The notes beneath the pieces are model-generated. The model was not told the origin of the DNA, did not search any database, and worked only from the letters and a program-made list of their open reading frames with translations. 64,000 nucleotides of DNA, from NCBI RefSeq assembly GCF_006345805.1, contig NC_042998.1, positions 21,142,001 to 21,206,000 on the forward strand. The letters run 5' to 3'. The position numbers were made by a program, and so were the translations under genes. Shown here piece after piece: positions 41,985-54,194 of this stretch. Each line of letters begins with the position of its first letter. Position 1 is the first letter of the stretch. The stretch comes from Octopus sinensis (lineage: Eukaryota).

Positions 41985-44160
41985 ATATCCTTCTTGCAAG
42001 GTTGAAGGGGATGTTTGTTTTAGTGTGTCTTGGGTGGCATGAATTAAAAAGAAGGTATTGTTTGGCGTCTGTGGCTTTGTAAAAAATGTCTGTTTCTATT
42101 TTAAGGTTAATTTTTTAATTAATATATCCAAGAACGGGAGTTCCTTTTGTTGTATTCCATTGTGAACTGTATATTTGGGTTTATGCTGTTCAATAGGTTT
42201 TTAAATTTTAGGAGTTTATCTATGTTTTCATTCCAGAGAATGAAACAATCGTCTAGGAATCGTTTCCAATTCTCTTTTATGTATTGAGAGAGGGAGTTTC
42301 CAAAGATTGATAGAGATTCCTGGTAAATGATTATTTCCATGTAACCCATTGTTAAGTTCGCAATGACTGGTGCTGCCCTTGTACCCATAGCAATTCCGGA
42401 TTTTTGACGGTAAAATGTATTGTCAAACATGAATTGTTATTGTGTAGGATGAATTCAATTGATTTAGTAATGAATTCCTTCTGATCCTTTTTGGTATTTC
42501 TTCCGGAAATTGGTCTAACCAGAATTGTATTGCCTCCAGTCCATAATTATGAGGTATACTGGTATACAAGTTGACTACATCAATGAAACCAGGATTGTTT
42601 CTTCCTTGGTTTTTTTGAAGGTGGTTTAACATATCTAAGTCATCTCTGATATGGCTATCGATATGTTTAAGGAAGGGTTTCAAGAGGATGTCCATAAGTA
42701 GACTTAGTCTGTGTGTTTCACAGGTTGGGCCAGCTACAATGGGTCGTAGTTTTAGGTCCCCCGGATTAGGTGTGTGTATGTCTTTGGTGATTTTTTAATG
42801 GTTTCATTTATAATTTGACTTTTATGAATTTTTGGCAGACCATAGAAAAGGCTAGGTTTGCATTTAAAGTTTGTTAGGAAATCAATCTCTTTGGTTGTCT
42901 GTTCCTTTTCATGGGTTTTAATTAGTGAAGATAGAGTTTTCATTATTTTTTGTGGGGTGTAGTTGGTAATTTTTTCATAATGTAGGTCTTCATCAAGCAA
43001 GGAAATTACAAGATTTCTGTAGTATGATGTATCCATTATTACAACTGCATTTCCCTTGTCCGCTTCCTTAATGGTTATATCTTCATCATTTTGGAGTTCT
43101 ATCAGTTCTTTCCATTGTGTAGTGTTAAAATTGGGTTAGCTTTCTGTTTATGTATAGTATGGTAGGGGAAGTTCTCAATGTGGTTACAGAATTCGTCAAG
43201 ATCTTTATTTCTTCCTCTGTGTGGGATGTGTTCACTTTTGTTCTTGACTAGTGATTCATCTTCAGTATTGAACTGTTTGATGCTTCTGCTAGTCTTATTT
43301 TCTGCAAAATTCTGTTATATTATCCTTGAGTTCATTTAGGTTTGCTCTGCGTGGAGTTGGTGGTAAATTTGAGCCCTTTTGCGAGGATGTCAATTTTATA
43401 TTAGAAAGAGGTTTGGTTGAAAGATTGATTATCTTCGGTTTTTCCTTATTACTAGGTTCCAGCCTGTGTCCTGGTGTCCCTGGTCCCTGGCTAAAATGTT
43501 TGGGTGTAATTTTGTTTGTATGAGTTGTCTGTGAGGTTGTGTGGTATTTGGTCGGGGGAGTGGTGTATGTTGCCTCCGATCGTTGTGTGTGTGTGGGAAT
43601 CTATGGTTGTTAATGCTTGTGGTGTGTGTAAAATTCTGTATGGGGAATATTTTTGTTTCGAACTTCTTGTATGTGGGATGTTGCTTGACATAGTGTTTCT
43701 TTGCGTTTGTCTTGTGTTTAGTGGGGACCAGTAGTTTTGGTTCATGGGGTAGTAGTGATTTGTGTGTGGTGTATTTCTTATCCTAGTGTCGTATTGTGTG
43801 CTGTATGGTTGGTCTGGTATTAGGATGTTTTGGTTTGTTCTGTTTTTGGTGTAATTTCTTTCATAGACGCGTCCTCTTTCAGCTAGTTCCCTGTTAGGTC
43901 TAGCGTGGTTTGTAAAGGTTGTTGTGGGTGATTTCTGTTTTTAGTTTATGGAGGATAGTTGGGGGTTGTTCGTGGGTTGTTAGGTTTTTTCTTTTTTATT
44001 TATTGTAATTTTCTTAAGGAAGGGATTATTGTACCCAATTCATTTTTGAAGGTTTCACTATATTTTTGGAAGAAGTCCATGTTTTCTCCCAGCGTAGGAG
44101 AAAATTTCTTACTATTTTCTTATATATTCACCCCACGTGCTTTACCAAACAAACTTTCTT
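41985..44160 (-). mobile_element. Penelope-like retroelement RT region, frameshifted, running into the gap
   Basis: IKEADKGNAVV, FYGLPKIHK, RPIVAGP, DVVNLYTSIP, QKSGIAMGTRAAP, WKRFLDDCFILW, IQFTME. Confidence 0.9.
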
Positions 44161-44163
44161 ATC

Positions 44164-44195
<32 letters not shown>

Positions 44196-44514
44196 ATAAT
44201 ATATATATAGATATGTATATATATATAGTGTGTGTGTGTGTATGTATGTATATTCCTTTGCCTACACTTCATGTCAGGTGCTCTGAATGCTACTGCTGAT
44301 ATGCAGTTCTGGTCAACCTGATAATTATTCCATAAATAGATACTGTCAAAGCAGATACGAGACTGAAATATGATCATATGATTGACTAAAAACTCTTAAA
44401 AAATCTTTCCTAATATAGTTACACTTTAATGACTAAAACCAGCTAAACATAAGGTCTCTATTTAGGATATTTGGGTGTAGAACAGTAAAGATGAGAGGAA
44501 AAATATTTACTTAC

Positions 44515-45186
44515 AATAACGGTTTGTTCTGGTTGTTGCTGTTGTTGTTGTTCCTGCTGTTGTGGTTGTTGTTCCTGTTGTAGTTGTTTTTGCAGGGAAA
44601 AAGTGAAAAGTAATGAGGTGGTGGGTCATATTCTGTTGCTGGTGCATATCCAGCTTGTTCAGGGTACCCAGGTTGTGCGGGGTATTCAGGTTGTTGGGGA
44701 TTTCTGGCTTGTGGGTGATTTCCGGTCTGTGGGTGATTTCCGGTTTGTGGGTGATTTCCGGTTTGTGGGTGATTTCTGGTCTGTGGGGGATTTCCGGTTT
44801 GTGGGTGATTTCCGGGTTGTGGGTGATTTCCGGTTTGTGGGTGATTTCTGGTCTGTGGGTGATTTCCGGGTTGTGGGGGATTTCCGGTTTGTGGGTGATT
44901 TCTGGTCTGTGGGTGATTTCCGGTCTGTGGGTGATTTCGGGTTGTGGGTGATTTCCGGGTTGTGGGTGATTTCCGGGTTGTGGGGGATTTCCGGTTTGTG
45001 GGTGATTTCCGGTTTGTGGGTGATTTCCGGTCTGTGGGGAATTTCCGGTCTGTGGGGGATTTCCGGTCTGTGGGGGATTTCTGGGTTGTGGGGGATTTCC
45101 TGCTGTTGGTGACTTTTCGAAATCGGATGAGTATCCAGTGTTTTCAAAGTACCCTGGTGGAGAATTCTGGGGGTCTTCAGTGTCAC
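44515..45186 (-). CDS. Duplicated proline-rich exon B of the dispanin gene (two 1-nt frameshifts as assembled)
   Basis: tttttacAG acceptor at 45188-45187, GTAAGT donor at 44514-44509; DTEDPQNSPPGYFENTGY...(NHPQTG)-type repeats...YPAQPGYPEQAGY...PPPHYFSLFP/LQKQ...QTVI; flanking introns homologous to those of exon A. Confidence 0.65.
44691..45103. repeat. Coding minisatellite, 23 units of 18 bp (one is 17 bp, at 44925-44941)
   Basis: Consensus YTGTGGGKGATTTCYGGK, units counted directly. Confidence 0.95.
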
Positions 45187-45322
45187 CTGTAAAAAGAAAC
45201 CGGATTTCAAGGATGATATTTCAAACTTCACATTCCTCATAAATTTAATTAATCAACAAATATTATATAATGGTTGATGACTTCAATTTTCTTGTGAAAA
45301 TTTACTTCTCATTAAAAAAGAA

Positions 45323-45505
45323 GGCGTAGGAGTGGCTGTGTGGTAAGTACCTTGCTTACTAACCACATGGTTCTGGGTTCAGTCCCACTGCGTGGCACCT
45401 TGGGCAAGTGTCTTCTACTATAGCTTCGGGCCGACCAAAGCCTTGTGAGTGGATTTGGTAGACGGAAACTGAAAGAAGCCCGTCATTTATATATATGTAT
45501 ATATA

Positions 45506-45541
<36 letters not shown>

Positions 45542-45817
45542 TGTATGTATGTATGTATGTATTATGTATGTATGTATGTATGTATGTATGTATGTTTGTG
45601 TATATGTTTGTGTGTCTGTGTTTGTCTCCCAACATCGCTTGACAACCGATGCTGGTGTGTTTACGTCTCTGTAACTTAGCGGTTCAGCAAAAGAGACCGA
45701 TAGAATAAGTACTAGGCTTACAAAGAATAAGTCCTGGGGGTCGATTTGCTCGACTAATGGCGGTGTTCCAGCATGGCCACAGTCAAATGACTGAAACAAA
45801 TAAAAGAGTAAAGAGTA
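45323..45817 (+). mobile_element. SINE family A
   Basis: Full-length; absent from the homologous intron near 16725. Confidence 0.85.
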
Positions 45818-46559
45818 ATATCATTACTACTATATTAACGAAAAAAAAAAAAGACCTTCAAGCTTCCTTAATAGTGGAAGCACGTCAGATGAAAATAGAA
45901 TTCTTTCTGCCAAGCTAGAAAGAACAAATAGAGAGTATGATGTGTCCAATGTTCATCTCTCTTTCAGAAAATATGTAAAACTGGAGTTAATTCAGCCAAC
46001 CTCGTAATTTTTTATTCGCTATTTTGTACTTATGTCTGTTTACGGGCTATACTGAAGAAAAATCAGAGGATGAATTGATTGAGTGTCATAAGGGTAGTGA
46101 TATGAATCAATTTTCCATTAATCTCGTATTAATTGATTAGGTGCAGGTGTCGCTGTGTGGCTAGGAAGCTTGCTTCCTACTCAAGCTGTTTTTGTTTTAT
46201 CCTCGCTGCGCAGAACCTTGGGCAAGTTTCTTCTACTATACCCACGAGCCGATCAAAGCCTTGAGAGCAGATTTGATAGACGGAAACTGAAAGAAGCTCA
46301 CTGTACACACACGCACAAACACACACACAGTGTTCAAATTTACGGCAAAACAAAAGACGAAGACAGGTGTAGAAATAACAAGCAAGTATATTAGTTTGAC
46401 GACGGGAAAAATGGAAAAGCCTACGCTCTTCGGCAGAAATGAATAAGAGGAAACAAATAGAGAGAGAATGAAAAAAGAAGAAGAAATAAACGGGGAGAGA
46501 ATAACTATGTATGCATGCATGTATGTATGTCTCTACTATTTTTTAATTATTATAAATCT

Positions 46560-48705
46560 TCCACTGAGGAGGGAGCCGGTTTCCAACAAAAATACAAGGC
46601 TCCATCTTTGGGATGTTGTTATCACAGACAAATTGACATTTGTAACTTAAGAAAAGTCTTGCATATTTTTACTGTTCCACTCATGGATTATAATGTACGA
46701 ATCAGCCGGTCGATTTCTCTTTCTGAAAATCCCAGTTTATCCAGATTCTCCTTTAAGCATGTACTAACGAAACCTCGAATTCAAAACCTGAATTCATTGT
46801 CTGAACATAGAAGCTGGACATTTCGATGCAGTTGTCCATAAATATCCTCTTTTTCTTTGATTTTCAAAGAAATATTTATATCAGTAGGGCAGCTGACCTC
46901 TATGATGGTACATACCTTTGTCCCCCTGTCTCAAACAACAATACCCGGCCTGTTATGTTTATATTTGCCAAAAGTTTTGATGGGATTACTTCACCAGTAT
47001 TCCTTGGGTTGGTGTTTATGAAAGTATTCCATAACAGAAAGTTTATTTCAGGACAATCTTTTTTTGCGGATGACATTGTAAATTGTTTTAGCAACAACAT
47101 CGTGCTGCACAAGGAGATAGTACCGTGACGACATTTTAGGACAGCTGCGAATCACATGTGCGATGTCTTTCATATGATATAGCCTACACATGCGGTTGCA
47201 CCTTGGGATTACAAGAACGTCACTGTCTCCCTCTTGTTTACCAGGTACTTTGTGGCAATCTCCTGTTCCTGGATTGCAAACGCATACCCTTCAAAGTGTG
47301 ATGTGAAGAACGTGTCCAAGAAAGGCTGCGCTTCGTGTCAATTCTACCGTCTTCTTCAAGTTTCCGGGTAACATTCCCATGCATAGTCTTTTTTAGTATG
47401 CAGAGTGCTTTCCATCCAGGTCTTCTCTGAGGTAACAGTGCCCAGGTGTTTTGGGGCTGTATAGGAGATCATCAGGTAGAGAGTGTGTCTTAAGGAGTTC
47501 ACTGCCAACTCGTACAATGTTGCTCACTTCACTTTTCAGGAGTGCATTTATATATTTATTTTTGCTGCTGTTGTTTAGCAGGTGCTGCCTGAGTGATACC
47601 AAACGGCATTCGAAGGCCGCCTGCACTGATCTTAGGCCTCTACCACTTTCATTTCTTCTTAGGTGGAGCCTGTCAACGTCACTGTTTCTGTGGAACTTCC
47701 CAGTTGTCAGGATTTTGCGGATTTTGATACCTATGGAGAGGATTTCCTCTACAGACCAATCAAACATCACAAATGTTGGGATCAGCACTGGTACTGCAAA
47801 TGCATTGTGGGATATTGTTTTATTGTAAGAGGAGAGTTCCGACTGCCATATTTTCCTAAGTCTGGTGTAATATTCTCGAGTCACTCTATCTTTATTCTCA
47901 ATGCCTTCATATGACACATTTTCGTCTATGCCAAGGTACTTGTAACATTCTTTGTGTGGAATGGGGGAGATAGAGAGACCGTTGATGCACAGGTTTGTGG
48001 TTTGGAGGACTGACTTTCTTCCTTCTATAACTAAACTAGCAGTATCACCCGGCGTTGCTCGGGTTTGTAAGGGAAATAACTATATAAGCATTTTTAGAGT
48101 TATAGCCAAAAAATAGCAAAAAAATGCATTAAAAATGGAAAAAAATGATGGTAAATTTTTTTTAAAATCGTTGACTCATCGTAGACATTTTTAGAGAGTT
48201 ACTTCCCTTAGCGAAAAAATGCATTAAAATGGAAAAAATGATGGTAAATTATTTTAAAAATCGTAGACTTATCGTAGACGCGCGCTAATACCCAGAAGGG
48301 CTCGATATGAATCACGACTATAAGATACCCGCTTTTGGTTACACTGCACCGCAAAATGTGGGAGTAGTTAGGAATCTAAATCGTAGGAGACAGACACACA
48401 ACTTCTCTTTTACATATAAAGATATGAACATTTCTTTTGGCCAAATTCCATACCTATATCGGCTGAAAATGTTATTAATTCCAGTTGTTTTTTTGGCATT
48501 GATAACACTTTTAGCATAAATCTTCAGGTCGTCTACAAAGAAATTATGAGTTACATTGATATTTCTAGCAGTTGAAGATCCCAGCATGTAACCATTTGTT
48601 TTCTGCTGAAGGAACGATAATGGATTCAGTGTCAAAATGAAACGAAGTACAGAAAGATTATCTCCCTGAAATGTTCCCTTTGAAATGCCTATACTATTAG
48701 AAACA
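46560..48705 (-). mobile_element. Dong/R4 RT-RLE fragment
   Basis: KGTFQGDNLS, HNFFVDDLKIYA, YKYLG, IWQSELSSYNK, GRGL, FAIQEQEIATKY. Confidence 0.85.
48036..48422 (-). mobile_element. Non-autonomous Helitron
   Basis: Inverted homolog of 16251-16647; removal restores host KCSYLVIE. Confidence 0.88.
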
Positions 48706-48736
<31 letters not shown>

Positions 48737-49299
48737 TGTGTGTATGTGTGTGTGTGTGTGTATGTGTGTATATATGTATGTGTGTATGTGTGTGTATGTA
48801 TGTATGTATGTATGTATGTGTGTGTGTATGTATGTGTGTGTGTATGTATGTATGTATGTAGTATGTATGTATGTGTGTGTATGTATGTATGTATGTATGT
48901 GTGTGTGTATATGTATGTATGTACGTACGTACGTTCGTATGCATGCATGCATGCGTGTGTGTGTATGTATGTATGTATGTGTGTGTGTGTGTGTATGTAT
49001 GTACGTATGTATGTATGTACGTATGTATGTACGTATGTATGTGTATGTATGTATGTGTGTGTGTGTATGTATGTATGTATGTATGTGTGTATGTATGTAC
49101 AAACAGACGGATATACGTATGCATGAATATGTGGGCGGTATATGTATGAAACAGGAGTGTCACTCATAATCATAATTTCTTCTAGACCGGTTTTCTGGTG
49201 CTTGTAAAGCCATTGGCAGAACCACCAGCATAAAGCAGACGGATGTGAACTTCCGAATCTGCCCACACCTGGTGTCAAGCTGATAATTTCCATGACACT

Positions 49300-49630
49300 C
49301 CTATACAGGTTGATAGGAAAAACCCAAAGTATGTGATGTCATTTACATATCTTGGTAGTAAAGTGAACTCGAGCGCTTCCTTTGATAATGAAATAGTCAT
49401 CAGTCTTGCGAAAGCAATCAAGGCATTTGGCTAACTCCGTCTTCGCTTATGAAATGAAAGGGGCATTAAACTTGACACAAAAGTACAGGTCCATAAAGTT
49501 GCCATTCTTACTATTCTCTTGTATGGCTCAGAATCGTGGACACCCTGTCTATACAGCACGTTAACCAACTAAACATCTTCCACAAAGGCTGTCTCAGGAC
49601 AATCTGTTGTTATTCGCTAAAAGACCCGTG
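49300..49630 (+). mobile_element. RTE-clade LINE fragment
   Basis: FTYLGSKV..DNEI..LAKA..AFG..TKVQV..LLYGSESWT. Confidence 0.7.
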
Positions 49631-50169
49631 ATCCTCATACTTGCAACATCTGCGGGTTCCTTCGCAGATAGTTGGCGGGAATGAAATTTCACATTCGACA
49701 TAAGCATTATGATAAAGAAAGAGTAGGTTGTCAAATCCTCATACGTCGAAACCGCCGGGAGAATCCATCATATATATATATACATATATATCATTACAGA
49801 TATAGGGTGAAAAATTATTAATTTAATAAAATCACCAAATTTCACCTAGTAGTTTTTCGGTATGGAAAAAGACCATATTCGGTAAAAACTTCTACAAAAA
49901 GTTTTTTATATATAATATCATTATAACAATAAAGGTTTAGCAACAAGTTGCTTGACCTCATACCGAAAATTTTAGAAACAGCAGCCAAAAGACTACTATT
50001 TCTTTTTCTACAGAAATATGTCTCCACAGACAACAATATTTGTAACTCACACATGGCAAAAAAGAAGAAAAATAATGAAATCTAACAGTCTTCGATTAAT
50101 TATGGACACGTTTCTGGATTAGGATCATAAGACCCATTTCCTTTGTCAACATAATATATATATATATAT

Positions 50170-50610
50170 TATAAGGCGGGAGAGATATGCAGTGATATAC
50201 ATCTGGAAAATCCTGGAGGGTCTTGTCCCAAACTTTGGCATTCAAAGTTACCCCAACCGCAGAACGGGGCCCCACTGCATGGTGCCAAAGATTCCAACAT
50301 CACCATCAAAATACAGGACCAGATACTGCAACAGCTTGGGCTTCAGAGGACCACAGCTCTTCAACATCCTCCCTAAATGTCTGAGAGACTTGCATGGTGT
50401 GGATGTGGGTTTCTTTAAAACTAAACTGGATCTCTTCTTGTCGGGGGTCCCAGATGAACCTACTTCTCGGCAGGAGACACAGATGCGGGCGGCGACAACG
50501 AACTCCCTTGTTGACCAAGTGCCACGTATCAGAGGTGGTTTCACATACTAGTGTAGCTCATTCAATGGTGGTGCCCCAGCATGGCCGCAGCTTTCGGGCT
50601 GAAACATTTT
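50170..50610 (+). mobile_element. CR1-type LINE 3' end with a SINE-shared tail
   Basis: RERYAVIYIWKILEGLVPN..GPQLFNILP..FKTKLDLFL..VPDEP; tail GGTGCCCCAGCATGGCCGCAG...CTGAAAC. Confidence 0.85.
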
Positions 50611-50704
50611 TAAGGATTTATATAAAATTATTTGTAATGTATCTCCGTGTATGTGTATATGTACATATGTGTTTCTCTCCCCCTCCCCCTCTCTCTCTAT
50701 ATCT

Positions 50705-51160
50705 CTTTTACTCTTTTACTCTTTTACTTGTTTCAGTCATTTGACTGTGGCCATGCTGGAGCACCGCCTTTAGTCGAGCAACTCGACCCCGAGACTTATT
50801 CTTTGTAAGCCCAGTATTCTATCGGTCTCTTTTGCCGAACCGCTAAGTTACGGGAACATAAACACACCAGCATCGGTTGTCAAGCAATGCTAGGGGACAA
50901 ACACAAACACACACGCGCACAACACACACACACGCACATATATATATATAGATATATATATATATATATATAATATATATATATATATACATATATACGA
51001 CGGGCTTCTTTCAGTTTCCGTCTACCAAATCCACTCACAAGGCTTTGGTCGGCCCGAGACTATAGTAGAAGACACTTGCCCAAGGTGCCACGCAGTGGGA
51101 CTGAACCCGGAACCATGTGGTAGGTAAGCAAGCTACTTACCACACAGCCATTCCTGAGCC
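50705..51160 (-). mobile_element. SINE family A
   Basis: Homology to the other copies. Confidence 0.85.
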
Positions 51161-51725
51161 TATGTATATAGGCGAATAAAAAGTGAAGACAAGAACAGGC
51201 AAAAAAGAAAATGCATAAGTCAAAAGGACGTACACTGTGAATGTATTAGACTGACGCCGAGACAAAGCTCAAGATGGGAAAAAGAGGAAGTATGACCGCG
51301 GCTCTTTGTCACAAAGCAGGAAAAAGTGTGGGTAGAAAGAAAATGAAAGTTCGAGGAAAGCACATATGCCGTTAAGTGGCTGAGAAGAAAAAAACTGAGA
51401 AGGGTGGAGGGAGATGAAGTGATTTTAGAAGGTAGGAGAGTGGGATAATGACCAGTGCGTGTGTGTCTCTGTGTGTGTGTGTGGCGTGTGTGTGTGCGTG
51501 TATGTCTGTGTGGGATTAGTGTCTGTGGGCGTGTGTTCGTGTTTATATGAGTGATGTATGTGTGCAGTAGAGGAGCGAACAGGTGAATAGCAGTAGTTAA
51601 ATTTGGTGGCCGAGAAGCAACAAGCAGGCGTGAGTTGTATGTGTGTGTGTGTGCGTGTGCGTGTGTGTGTTTGTGTGTATTACGTATAAGTGGGAGGTAT
51701 GTATGTATGTTGTATATGGGAGGGT

Positions 51726-52040
51726 GGAGGCGCATGGCTCAGTGGTTAGAGCGTCGAGCTTACGATCGTGAGGTTATGAGTTCGAATCCCGGACCGGGCT
51801 GCGTGTTGTGTTCTTGAGCAAGACACTTTATTTCACGTTGCTCCAGTTCACTCAGCTGTAGAAATGAGTTGCGATGTCACAGGTGCCAAGCTGTATTGGC
51901 TTTTGCCTTTCTCTTCGATAACACTGGTGGCCTGAAGAGGGGCGGCCGGTATGCATGGGCGACTGCTGGTCTTCCATAAACAACCTTGCCCGGACATGTG
52001 CCTGGAGGTAACTTTCTAGGTGCAATCCCATGGTCTGTGT
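51726..52040 (+). mobile_element. tRNA-derived SINE
   Basis: TGGCTCAGTGG / GAGTTCGAATCC boxes; homologous to 60156-60490. Confidence 0.8.
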
Positions 52041-52954
52041 CGTGACCGAAGGGGGTCTCAGTATATGGAAGAGATGTATGTTATGTATAAGGGTGAGTGG
52101 ACGATGAATATAAAATAATCTAAAAAATTAAAAACATAAAAAAAAACTTATTTCAAAGGTTAGATTAAATTAAAAAATAATAAGGTCATAAAATAAGATT
52201 AAAAAAAACGAAATGAAGATGGAAGCTTTTACAAGAAGTGGGTAGTGTTAAGTCCAAACGGCGTAAGAGTTCGAAGAGAGAAGATGTAGCGCTATTCCTG
52301 GTAAAGTTTTGTGGTGGTGGTTCTATGGTGCCAAGGCGAAGCCGAAGACAGGGAGGTGTTTGGTGGAGTGGTTGTTAGAGCAAAAATGACGGACGACGGG
52401 GGTATAATTTTGGAGACAGATACTCCGTCGGTTACGGAACAGCCTGCTCGTGAAATTAACACTGAACACTCCACAGATACGTGTACCCTTAACGTAGTTC
52501 TCGGAAAGATTCAGCGTGGCACTAAGTGTGACAAGGCTGGGCCCTTTGAAATACAGGCACAACAGAAATAGGAAGAAAGAGTGAGGGAAAGTTGTGGTGA
52601 AAGAGTGCATCTGGGTTCGCCGCTCCCCCCCGCAGGATCCTCGTGGAGCTTTAGGTGTTTTCGCCCAATAAACACTCACAACGCCCCGACTGAGAATTGA
52701 AACCATGATCCTATGACCGTGAGTCCACTGCCCTATGCACTTCCACATATGATGACAAGGGTTCCAGTTGATCCAATCAATGGAATAGCCCGCTCGTGAA
52801 ATTAACGTGCAAGTGGCTGAGCACTCCACAGACACGTATACCCTTAACGTGGAGCTTTAGGTATTTTCGCTCAATAAACACTCACAACGTCCGGTCTGGA
52901 AATCGAAACCGTTAGTCTGCTGCCCTAACCACTGGGCCGTTGCGCTTCCACGGA

Positions 52955-53260
52955 GGCAGATATCTCATAGATGTTCCGTAAATTTGTGGCTAGACGAAGG
53001 CCCGACTGATTAACATATAAAGAGCTGCAAAGGGTGCATTGAAGGCAATAGATGACGTTAGAAGAGACACGAGAGGAAGAGTTCCGGATGTGGGTAGTGT
53101 GTTTGTTGGTTCCAGTGGGTGGGGGATGCGTGTGTGTCTGGAGCAAGGGAAGGATCCAGGATAGGAGGGAGTGGGTAGGTGATTGGTGCGTTTAAAAGTG
53201 GAGAATCCAAGAACATTCCTAGAATTTGGGTCTAAATTGTCCAGCGTAAATTACAAGTGT
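52955..53260 (-). mobile_element. Penelope GIY-YIG endonuclease fragment
   Basis: SSNVIYCLQCTLCSSLYVNQSGLRLA. Confidence 0.75.
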
Positions 53261-53369
53261 GTTTATAGTACTCTTCAATTAATTTCCATGAACTGAACGA
53301 AGGAAGACTTGGAATTCTGGTAACACTTTACCTAGCAAACTGCCGGTGTTTGCTTACAAAATGAGTTAT

Positions 53370-53787
53370 AGGCGCAGGAGTGGCTGTGTGGTAAGTAGCT
53401 TGTTTACCAACCACATGGTTCCGGGTTCAGTCCCACAGTGTGGCACCTTGGGCAAGTGTCTTCTACTATAGCCTCGGGCCGACCAAAGCCTTGTGAGTGG
53501 ATTTGGTAGACGGAAACTGAAAGAAGCTCGTCGTATATATGTATATATATATATATGTGTGTTTGTGTGTGTCTGTGTTTGTCCCCCTAGCATTGCTTGA
53601 CAACCGATGCCGGTGTGTTTATGTCCCCGTTACTTAGCGGTTCGGCAAAAAGAGACCGATAGAATAAGTACTGGGCTTACAAAAGAATAAGTTCCGGGTT
53701 CGAGTTGCTCGATTAAAGGCGTTGCCCCAGCATGGCCGCAGTCAAATGACTGAAACAAGTAAAATAGTAAAAGAGAGAGTAAGAGTA
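53370..53787 (+). mobile_element. SINE family A
   Basis: Full-length copy. Confidence 0.85.
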
Positions 53788-53840
53788 ATAGCAGTGGATA
53801 TATGGCGATGAATTACGAGAAGTCAACAATATATACTTAC

Positions 53841-53850
53841 TGGGTACCAT
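53841..53850 (-). CDS. Candidate first coding exon (ATG GTA CCC A|GTAAGT) of the dispanin gene
   Basis: Good Kozak context (aaacATGG), consensus donor at 53840-53835, phase 1 matching both exon A and exon B; lies in unique sequence. Confidence 0.5.
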
Positions 53851-54194
53851 GTTTATGAAGAGTAGGTGATGTAAGAAGTTAGTATTAAAAGAACGACGAG
53901 ATAAAATCCGAGAAAATCTGTGATACTGCTTGAGTTATTATTCCACGTTGTGTAAACTGCGTGTTGCATCCGAAGTAAATATATTGAGTGACGCCACAAG
54001 TTGTCTGGGCTTGTTACTTTATTGTTACTTCATTGAGGGTGAGAATTTCTTTTTCCTTGAAATATTTCATTGTAGCATTCATGTGGAAAAACCCCCCGCG
54101 AACAATAGCTGCATATCCTGTAGCGACAATTCTTTATCCTTTTGTTATTTATTTTAAAGGTTTGTAGTGACGCTATTTTTTGGAAATTTTCAGC

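Noticed and set aside
44691-45103. CRISPR-like array
   Set aside because: Contiguous 18-bp units with no unique spacers, no cas genes and a eukaryotic context; it is a coding minisatellite.
44603-45240. ORF-track ORFs (VGDFR, WVISGL, EIPHRP/KSPT repeats)
   Set aside because: Antisense or off-frame readings of the stop-free repeat; splice sites and homology to exon A define the PQTGN frame.
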